A stretch of 64,000 bases of DNA from Spirochaetia bacterium. Its GTDB lineage: Bacteria > Spirochaetota > Spirochaetia > SZUA-6 > Bin103. The stretch spans positions 7,168,001 to 7,232,000 of the forward strand of contig CBDBDQ010000005.1 of the NCBI GenBank assembly GCA_965203905.1. The letters are read 5' to 3'. This document shows positions 1 through 7,468 of the stretch, in pieces; the stretch's first letter is position 1, and the number at the start of each line of letters is the position of its first letter. A program made the position numbers and the translations under genes. Under the pieces are notes generated by a model, which had not been told where the DNA came from, did no database searches, and saw nothing but the letters and a program-made list of their open reading frames with translations.

Positions 1-306
1 GGCCTGGCCGCCCGGCTGGCACGAGACGTCGACGTGGTGGTGGCGATGGTGTCGCCGACCGAGCAGATCCGGGAGCCGGCGCGGGCGCTTCCCGGTCTGG
101 TCATGGTCGGGCTGCACTGTCCGCCGGACGTAGCCCGGCAGCGCGACTTCAAGGGCGTCTACCGGCGCGCCTGGGAGGCCGCCTCCTACGAGCCGCCCGA
201 TCCCGCTTCCGCCATCATCGACACCAGCCGCACCGGCGTGGCGCAGTGCGTGGAGCAGATCCTGGACTCACCGGCGTCCGACGCGCTCAGCCGTCCCAGC
301 TCGTAG
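1..306 (+). CDS. Adenylyl-sulfate (APS) kinase-like protein, 5'-truncated by window edge
   Basis: Open frame from base 1: LAARLARDVDVVVAMVSPT...RDFKGVYRRA...YEPP...IDTS...VEQIL resembles the C-terminal half of CysC (RDPKGLY..A, YExP, IDT). Confidence 0.6.
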   Translation, partial: GLAARLARDVDVVVAMVSPTEQIREPARALPGLVMVGLHCPPDVARQRDFKGVYRRAWEAASYEPPDPASAIIDTSRTGVAQCVEQILDSPASDALSRPSS

Positions 307-487
307 TATCAATGCGGCGCGCTGGCTCTGGTGCCGGGTTCCGAGCCGGCCTCTTGCGGGCGGCGCTGAGTGCCTGCGCGGTCCGGTCGAGCTCAACCAG
401 TATGTCGAAACGGCGAGAGATAGCCTCAGGCGACATGTCGCGCGACACACCACGGCTACCGGCCTTCGTTTCATCCGCGTCGTTCAC
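287..487 (-). CDS. Small hypothetical protein, candidate partner/antitoxin of the nucleotidyltransferase
   Basis: 66 aa; GTGA start/stop overlap with 484..942; helical DMSPEAISRRFDILVEL segment. Confidence 0.5.
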   Translation of the reverse strand: MNDADETKAGSRGVSRDMSPEAISRRFDILVELDRTAQALSAARKRPARNPAPEPARRIDTTSWDG

Positions 488-942
488 GGAGCCTCCTCAA
501 GGTGCTCGATGTCGCTGAGATCCTGGTGGCGGCCGGCTACTCTTTTCATCACGAGCAACCCGGCGAGGGAGACGACCGTTAGCGCCATGCCGTCCAGCTC
601 ATAGGTCTCACGAGCGTCCCAGACCTCCTGGAGAAAGCTGGGCAGCAACAGCAAGTCGACCGTTAGCAGATCATTACCTACCCTCTTGGAGACCCGAAAC
701 ACGTTTCTCTCGTATGGCCCGCCCGGATCGAACGGGATCATCCTGCCATGAAGAGTGAAGCCGGCGGCAGTCAACGCCGCGTCAGCCGCCTCCCGATCCT
801 GCGCCCTGATAAGCAGGTCTATGTCCCGGGTCAACCGCGGATGTCCATGTAAGACCACGGCCATGCCACCGCAGAGAGCGTACGGCACGTCAGCTCGGTT
901 CAACGTCGCGACTACGCCAAGAAGCTCCTGCTTCAGGTCCAC
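484..942 (-). CDS. Pol-beta-superfamily nucleotidyltransferase (DUF6036/AbiEii-like)
   Basis: YALCGGMAVVLHG..RLTRDIDLL motif (GG..A, TxDxD) and C-terminal K...GRHQDLSD. Confidence 0.75.
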   Translation of the reverse strand: MDLKQELLGVVATLNRADVPYALCGGMAVVLHGHPRLTRDIDLLIRAQDREAADAALTAAGFTLHGRMIPFDPGGPYERNVFRVSKRVGNDLLTVDLLLLPSFLQEVWDARETYELDGMALTVVSLAGLLVMKRVAGRHQDLSDIEHLEEAP

Positions 943-1108
943 CGGCAGACGCTATGCTCCGACTTGCCTGCTGTCAACGGCGGCCTCGCGCAGCCGCTCG
1001 GCCGCCGCTCGGCCGCTGGAGTTGCGGTCGGCGGCCCTGAGACTCCAATGTCTCAGACGGCGGCGGCTCCGACCTGGACCGCCGGACCCTTGGATAAGGA
1101 AGGTTGCA

Positions 1109-1867
1109 GTGGGAGAACGGAGAGTCCTGGTGGTCAGCGGTGCGGCGGCCGGGCTGGGCCTGGCCTCGGCCCTGCGCTTCGCCAGGGGTGGGTACGATGT
1201 CGGGCTGGTCGATGTCGACTCAGTGCGCGGCGAGCAGGCCGCACAGAAAGTCCGCGCACTGGGACGCCAGGCGCTGTTCTGCGCCTGCGACGTCACCGAC
1301 AAGGAACAGGTGGCCGCCGCCGCACGCGAGGTCAGGCGCGCGTTGGGCAAAGTGGACGCGCTGCACAACAACGCCGGGACGCAGGTGCGCGGCGGCATCC
1401 TGCGCTGCACGGAGGAGGACTGGGACCGACTCTACGACGTCACCGTCAAGGGCATCTTCCACCTGACGCGGGCGTTCGTCCCGCTCATGGCCGGCAGGGC
1501 CGGCGCGGCGATCGTCAACACCGGCTCCATCCTCGGGACTCGCCCCGCCGAGGAGCGGGCGGCCTATGCCGGCGCCAAGGGGGCCGTCGAGGCGCTGACC
1601 CGCTCCATGGCCGTGGACCTCGCCGGCCAAGGCATCCGCGTCAACTGCGTGGCGGCGGGCGCCATCGACACGCCGCTGCTTCAGCGCTACCTCAAGGAGT
1701 CCGCCTACCCGGCGGCAACCAGGTCGGGGATGATGGCGAAGTCGCTGTTCAACCGCTTCGGACGCCCCGAAGAGGTGGCCAACGTGGTCTACTTCCTGTG
1801 CAGCGAGGAGGCGTCGTTCGTCACCGGCGCCACTTGGTCCGTCGACGGCGGCTGGTCGGTCGCTTAG
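1109..1867 (+). CDS. Short-chain dehydrogenase/reductase
   Basis: SGAAAGLG, NNAG, YAGAK, VDGG; start moved to GTG 1109 after an AAGGAAGG RBS. Confidence 0.9.
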   Translation: MGERRVLVVSGAAAGLGLASALRFARGGYDVGLVDVDSVRGEQAAQKVRALGRQALFCACDVTDKEQVAAAAREVRRALGKVDALHNNAGTQVRGGILRCTEEDWDRLYDVTVKGIFHLTRAFVPLMAGRAGAAIVNTGSILGTRPAEERAAYAGAKGAVEALTRSMAVDLAGQGIRVNCVAAGAIDTPLLQRYLKESAYPAATRSGMMAKSLFNRFGRPEEVANVVYFLCSEEASFVTGATWSVDGGWSVA

Positions 1868-1939
1868 ATGCCCGTGGCGAAACTCCGGCTGCTTCGAGCG
1901 GCACGACGCCGGGTTCCGCCACGGGCTACTATCCCGCGC

Positions 1940-3061
1940 TTACGAAGCCCGAGCGGCCGGGAGCTCGGGCACGAACACGTAGCTTGGTTCCTTGCGTTGG
2001 CGGCTGATGATCGGGAGCATATCGGCCCAGGCGCGGAACAGGCCGTGCGGGGCGGGCGGCAGGTCCGGTTCGATCGCCTGCCTGAGCCTGGCCAGGTTGT
2101 AGAACGGCACGCTCGGATACATGTGGTGCTCGATGTGATAGTTCATGTGCCAATAGAGGAATCTGAAGACCGGCCCGAACACCACGGTGCGGCAGCACAG
2201 GCGGAAGTCCGGTGTGTTGGAGCTGAGCCCGGCGTGCTGCGTTTCGATGAACATGTTGCTCAGCCACGGTGCCAGCCAGCGTGCGAAGGTCACGATCAGG
2301 AGCATGATCCAGAGGTCGAACGCGATGAACACGATCGCCAGTGCCAGATGTCCGAACAGGACGATGCGGGCCCAGCGGAACAGGGCGCAACGCTTGGCGG
2401 CGGCGCCGTGGCCCGCGGGCGGATCGGCGAAGCAGCGCAACTCCCACACCGACGAGCCGGCACCGCCATTGGCGTGACTGTTGGCGCTGTTGGTCTCGGG
2501 CCTTCCCAGTGAGTTGGCCCCCGCCAACCGGCCGCGACTCCAGCGCACCAGGTGGCCGATCTCGGCCACCATGTTGGGAACCGCCAGCACCAGTTGCGTG
2601 AGCCACTGCAGGGGCCGGAACACGCGCGGGAGCCGCACCTCCAGGTCCAGTTCGTCGTGGACGGTGTACTGGTGATGGCGCACGTGGCTGGCGCGAAAGT
2701 ACTCGGGACTCGACCAGCACAGGAAGTTGCACACGCGCAGGAAGCTCTCGTTGAGCAGCCGCGACCGGAACACGGTCCGGTGCGCCAGCTCGTGGCGCGA
2801 GTGCTGCAGCGTGCGGTAGACCGTGCCGTGCACGAACAGCGCCAGGATGAGCCAGGGCCAGCTCAGGTGCAGGTGCACCAGGAACACGCCGGTGCCGGTG
2901 ACCGCAAGCAGTGCCAGATACCCCGTCACGAACAGGAACGGCCGCAGGTTGGAGCGGCGGGACAGCTCGCGCAGCCGGGAGATCGGCAGCGGCGAGCGAT
3001 ACCATCTCACCCTCTGGTTGACCGCCCAGTCATGATCCACTTGAGCGACTGCAGTTGACAT
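1940..3061 (-). CDS. Membrane fatty-acid-desaturase-superfamily protein (MocD/rhizopine oxygenase-like)
   Basis: His boxes HELAH, HVRHH, HIEHH; N-terminal WYRSP..LRELSRRS as recalled for the MocD-like subfamily; hydrophobic segments. Confidence 0.8.
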   Translation of the reverse strand: MSTAVAQVDHDWAVNQRVRWYRSPLPISRLRELSRRSNLRPFLFVTGYLALLAVTGTGVFLVHLHLSWPWLILALFVHGTVYRTLQHSRHELAHRTVFRSRLLNESFLRVCNFLCWSSPEYFRASHVRHHQYTVHDELDLEVRLPRVFRPLQWLTQLVLAVPNMVAEIGHLVRWSRGRLAGANSLGRPETNSANSHANGGAGSSVWELRCFADPPAGHGAAAKRCALFRWARIVLFGHLALAIVFIAFDLWIMLLIVTFARWLAPWLSNMFIETQHAGLSSNTPDFRLCCRTVVFGPVFRFLYWHMNYHIEHHMYPSVPFYNLARLRQAIEPDLPPAPHGLFRAWADMLPIISRQRKEPSYVFVPELPAARAS

Positions 3062-3217
3062 CGGCAATACCCTACTCGTCTATGACAATCGGCGCCCGTG
3101 GCGGCGGGCGCCGCAAGGTAGACTGAGGTGTGTTCCGCGGCCTGTCAACCCGGCCGAACCGGACAAACTGGACAAACGCTCGGCGTCGATGCTACCAACC
3201 TCCCGGGGGCGCGGAAC

Positions 3218-4111
3218 GTGGCGCTGACGAAACAACCGCTGAGCGCCATCGACCGAGCCCATCCCGCCTGGTACCTGCTGCCCGCCGCAACCATCTTCAT
3301 CGCGTTGTTCCTGGTGCCTATTCTGATCAACCTGGTGACCGCGTTCACCGACTGGAATGCGTACCGCAGCGGGTACAACTTCATCGGCCTGGACAACTTC
3401 GTTGCCGCCATAGAGTCAGGTGACCTGCTGCAAGTCACCCGGACGACTTTCCTCTACAGCATCGCCGTAGTTACGGCACAGAACGTGTTCGGCTTTTCGC
3501 TCGCCATGGCGCTGGAGCGGAAGACCCGGGCCAGCGACCTGTTTCGCGCCATCTTCTTCGTACCGTGCGTGGTGGCGATCGTGGTCTGGGGGTTCCTGTT
3601 CAACCAGCTGCTCCACCCCACCGGCCTGGTCAACCAGATTCTCTCCACGCTGACCGGGTCCAAGGTCGCCATCATCTGGCTGGGCAGCGTGAAGTACACG
3701 ATATTCGTGGTTGCCGCGGTCAATTCCTGGATGTGGACCGGCTTCCACATGGTGATCTACATCGCCGCCATCAACGCCATTCCCGAAGATCTCATCGATG
3801 CGGGCAAGATCGACGGGCTCGGCTATCTCGGCCGGATCTGGCACGTGATTCTGCCGCTGATCATGCAGGGAATATCGATCAACCTGGTGCTCAGCACCAT
3901 CGGCACGCTGAAGGTGTTCGACATGGTGATGGTGCTGACCAAGACCGGACCCGGCGGTGCCACCAACGTCTACAACACCTGGATCTACGAGGCATTCGGC
4001 CAGGCGCTGTACGGTTACGCCTCTGCCATCAACATTTTCCTGATCGTGCTGGTCACGGTTATCGCCTATCCGCTCTACTTCCGCATGAATCGCCGGGTGG
4101 TCGACCTGTGA
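3218..4111 (+). CDS. Carbohydrate ABC transporter permease (MalF-like)
   Basis: FIGLDNF, EAA-like loop IPEDLIDAGKIDG, multiple TM helices; start approximate. Confidence 0.9.
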   Translation: MALTKQPLSAIDRAHPAWYLLPAATIFIALFLVPILINLVTAFTDWNAYRSGYNFIGLDNFVAAIESGDLLQVTRTTFLYSIAVVTAQNVFGFSLAMALERKTRASDLFRAIFFVPCVVAIVVWGFLFNQLLHPTGLVNQILSTLTGSKVAIIWLGSVKYTIFVVAAVNSWMWTGFHMVIYIAAINAIPEDLIDAGKIDGLGYLGRIWHVILPLIMQGISINLVLSTIGTLKVFDMVMVLTKTGPGGATNVYNTWIYEAFGQALYGYASAINIFLIVLVTVIAYPLYFRMNRRVVDL

Positions 4112-4935
4112 GCCGTGGCAGACTGCTCCGCTCGCTGAAATACCTGGTCATCGGCCTGCTCTCGCTGCTGATTCTGGTCCCGTTCTGGGCCATGATCGTG
4201 AACTCCTTCAAGAGTGGGGAAGACGCCGCGACGCCCACCCTCGCGCTGCCGGTGGAGTGGCGCGTGATCGACAACTACGCCACGGTGATCGAGCGTGGCA
4301 AGCTGGTGCGTGCGTTCCTGAACAGCGTCATTATCACCGGGGCATCCACCGTGCTGATCCTGTTCTGCAGCACCACTTCGGCGTTCGTGTTCGGCCGCCG
4401 CCGCCAGCGCTGGATCAAGCGGCTGTTCTACCTGTTCATGTTCGGGATCATCGCGCCGCCGTCGGTGGTGGTGTCGACGCGGCTGTTCGATGCCCTGGAG
4501 CTGGTGGGCACCTACTCCGGGATGGTCCTGTACTACGGGGCGACCTTCTGTGCGCTTCCTATTTTCATTCTCACGGGGTTCATGAGCACGATTCCGCGCG
4601 AGCTGGACGAGGCGGGGATCGTCGACGGAGCCCGCCACAGCGACCTGTTCGCGCGGCTGACGCTGCCCCTGCTGAAGCCGGCGATCGCCACCTGCTTCAT
4701 CTGGATCGTGCTGCGCATCTGGAACGACTTCCAGTTCCCGCTGTACATCCTGGGCGGAGCGGCGCGCAAGTACACCATGGTGCTCAGCGTGTACGCCTAC
4801 ATCGGAACCTGGCACGTGGCGTACAACTACGTGTTCGCCAATCTGCTGCTGGTATCGGTTCCGGTGATCGTGGCGTTCCTGTTCGCCCAGCGGCACTTGG
4901 TGCAGGGCCTTACCGCCGGCGCGGTGAAGGGTTGA
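4108..4935 (+). CDS. Carbohydrate ABC transporter permease (MalG-like)
   Basis: GTGA overlap with previous gene; IPRELDEAGIVDGA, WNDF, GLTAGAVKG C-terminus. Confidence 0.9.
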   Translation: MSRGRLLRSLKYLVIGLLSLLILVPFWAMIVNSFKSGEDAATPTLALPVEWRVIDNYATVIERGKLVRAFLNSVIITGASTVLILFCSTTSAFVFGRRRQRWIKRLFYLFMFGIIAPPSVVVSTRLFDALELVGTYSGMVLYYGATFCALPIFILTGFMSTIPRELDEAGIVDGARHSDLFARLTLPLLKPAIATCFIWIVLRIWNDFQFPLYILGGAARKYTMVLSVYAYIGTWHVAYNYVFANLLLVSVPVIVAFLFAQRHLVQGLTAGAVKG

Positions 4936-4974
4936 GCCGCTTCACCCGACGCCGGCGATCCTGCCCCGTGCGGT

Positions 4975-6249
4975 CTACTGATACGCCGGCAGACCGACCG
5001 CCTTGGCGCTCGCCGCGAAGTCGCGCTGCATGTCCTCGGCCGCCTCCAGGGGAGTGCGGGTGCCGGCAATGACGGTTGCGGCATAGACGCCGGTCAACTG
5101 CGGGCTTGCCTTGAGCTTGTACAGGAACGGCACTTCGCTGCGGAAGTGGGCCAGCAGGTCCGCGGAATAGGGGAACATCTCGTTCTCGATGCCCAGGTAC
5201 GCGCTGGGCGCGCGGAACGTGTCGTAGAAGCGGGCGAGATTCTCCTGCTCCAGGAACCAGTTGATGAAGGCCCAGGCACCTTCCTGGTTTTCCCCGCCGG
5301 CCTCTTCCTTCACCAGGTAGGCGAACCAGGGAAGGCTGTAATAGGCGCGGTTGCCCTGCTCGGAAATGTTGAAGCCGCCCAGTTTCGTATTGTTGAACTC
5401 CTCGGTGAAGTTGGGGAGTGAGTTGACCGAGCCCATGGCGGCATACACGGTTCCTTCGCGGAGCGCCGCGTACTGGCCCTCGGTGGTGCCCACCAGCGCA
5501 TCGGCATTGAAGTAGCCTCGGTCGCCGATCTCCTTGATGTACTCGAACGCCCGCACCATCCCGGTCTCGGCGATGCTGGTCTCGTTGTTGTTGATGCGGT
5601 CCTGGACGTCCGTGAGCACGAACTCGTCGGCGACGAAGTTGTCGGCCACGAAGCCGAGGCTCCACGCGGACTGGCCCATGGCATAGAGCGGGTCGAAGCC
5701 GGCGGCCCTGACCTTGGGTGCGACGTTCTCCAGGAAGTCGGCGGTGCTGGAAGGCACGGTGACCCCGGCGGCCTGCGCCAGATCCTTGTGGTAAAGGTAC
5801 CCGCGCAGCGTGATCGGCGAGTAGGGTATGCCGAAGTTCCGGCCGTCGACCGCGTTGGCGGCCATGACCGCTTCCGGCACCTTGATGCCGACCAGGTTGT
5901 CACGCGCCCAGTCGGTAATGTCCACGAAGTTCTGCTTCGGGTTGTACACCAGGTACTCCGCGGGCGTGCCGTGGCCGATCAGGATGTCCGGCCCCTCTCC
6001 GGTCGCGAGGCGGGTCGCGTTGGTGGTGAAATAATCCTGGCCTCCCGGCGCCGGGACCACTTCCGTCGGCCACCCGGTCTCGGCCGTGAACCACTCCAGC
6101 ATGCCCAGGAACTTCTCCTCGACCTGGTCGTCGAACAGGGTGATCTGCACCGCTTTCTTGGCGGTGCTCTCCTCCTGGGCCGTGCTCCACGCGGTGGCGG
6201 CGGAAAATGACATCGCCAGAATGACGGCGAAGACGGTTGCTCGTTGCAT
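4975..6249 (-). CDS. ABC transporter extracellular solute-binding protein (family 1, sugars)
   Basis: Signal peptide ending AWS; GEGPDIL, DGRNFGIPY, YHKDL motifs; AAGGAG RBS. Confidence 0.85.
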   Translation of the reverse strand: MQRATVFAVILAMSFSAATAWSTAQEESTAKKAVQITLFDDQVEEKFLGMLEWFTAETGWPTEVVPAPGGQDYFTTNATRLATGEGPDILIGHGTPAEYLVYNPKQNFVDITDWARDNLVGIKVPEAVMAANAVDGRNFGIPYSPITLRGYLYHKDLAQAAGVTVPSSTADFLENVAPKVRAAGFDPLYAMGQSAWSLGFVADNFVADEFVLTDVQDRINNNETSIAETGMVRAFEYIKEIGDRGYFNADALVGTTEGQYAALREGTVYAAMGSVNSLPNFTEEFNNTKLGGFNISEQGNRAYYSLPWFAYLVKEEAGGENQEGAWAFINWFLEQENLARFYDTFRAPSAYLGIENEMFPYSADLLAHFRSEVPFLYKLKASPQLTGVYAATVIAGTRTPLEAAEDMQRDFAASAKAVGLPAYQ

Positions 6250-6409
6250 GTCTGTGCTCCTTTCGTGACGGTGATGGCGTCAGGTCGTCATGGTGGGTGG
6301 AGGTTCGGCGGGCTGTCAAGTTCGCCTGCCCCGGCGGCCCCGGCGGCGCCGTCGCGGGCCGGGACGGGGTGCGGCAAGCGGGCGCGGTATTTGCTACCCT
6401 TGGGGCACC

Positions 6410-7453
6410 ATGAAAGGCGTCGTCTTCACGGGGAACCGTCAACTGGAGGTTCGCGAGCTGCCGAACCCGGAGCCGGGACCGGAGCAGGTGCTGGTCCGGC
6501 TGGCCGTCTCCTCCATCTGCGGCACCGACATGCACTTCTACCGCAAGAGCTGGGACGAGCTGGTGGAGTTCCGCAAGTCGTTCAACGGCGCTCCCGACAC
6601 CGTTCCCGGACACGAGCCGTGCGGCGTGGTCGAGGCGGTGGGAGCGAACGTCACCTCCGTCGCGGCCGGGGAGCGGGTAACCGTTTATCCGCACGTGGGG
6701 TGTGGGACCTGCGGCTACTGCTGTCGCGGCGAGGTGATGTTCTGCCCCGAACGCACCGGTTACGGGTCGGTGCACGACGGCTCCTGCGCCGAGTACATCC
6801 TGGCGCCGGCACGCAACTGCATGCGCATCCCGGATGCGCTCAGCTTCGACCGCGCGGTGGTGATCTCCTGCGCCGGTGGCACCGCCTACCAGTCGATACG
6901 GCGCCTCGACCCGTCCGGCGCCGATACCATCGGCATCTTCGGGCTGGGCCCGGTGGGGCTGTGCGCGACGGCGTTCGCGGTCGCCCGCGGGGCGCGTGTG
7001 GTCGGCCTGGACCTGCAGCCCGAGCGGCTGCGGCTGGCGCGGGCCATGGGCGCCGAACGGGTGATCAACGTGGCCGACCAGGACGCGGTGGCCGAGCTCA
7101 TGGAGTTGACCGGCGGCCGGGGACTCGACGCGGCCGCCGACTACTCGGGCAGTCCGCGGGCGCAGCAGGCGATGGTCGCGGCGGCCGGCAAGTGGGCGCG
7201 GCTGGGGCTGGTCGGCGTCGGAGAACCGTTCGAGCTCGACGCCTTCCGCGGCATGATCATGCGCCAGCTCACGCTGCTGGGATCGTGGATCTACAACCTG
7301 GGCCAGCATGAAGAGATCGTCGACCACGTGCTCGACCGGGACATTCCTCTGGAAGAGCTGATCACCCATCGTTTCTCACTCGATCAGGCGGACGAGGCGT
7401 TCCGGTTGTTCGACTCGGGCGCAACCGGCAAGGTGCTGTTCACCGACTCCTGA
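6410..7453 (+). CDS. Zinc-dependent medium-chain alcohol/polyol dehydrogenase
   Basis: ICGTD, GHE, CGTCGYC..C zinc cluster, GLGPVG. Confidence 0.92.
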   Translation: MKGVVFTGNRQLEVRELPNPEPGPEQVLVRLAVSSICGTDMHFYRKSWDELVEFRKSFNGAPDTVPGHEPCGVVEAVGANVTSVAAGERVTVYPHVGCGTCGYCCRGEVMFCPERTGYGSVHDGSCAEYILAPARNCMRIPDALSFDRAVVISCAGGTAYQSIRRLDPSGADTIGIFGLGPVGLCATAFAVARGARVVGLDLQPERLRLARAMGAERVINVADQDAVAELMELTGGRGLDAAADYSGSPRAQQAMVAAAGKWARLGLVGVGEPFELDAFRGMIMRQLTLLGSWIYNLGQHEEIVDHVLDRDIPLEELITHRFSLDQADEAFRLFDSGATGKVLFTDS

Positions 7454-7468
7454 GCGTGGCAGGTGCCG

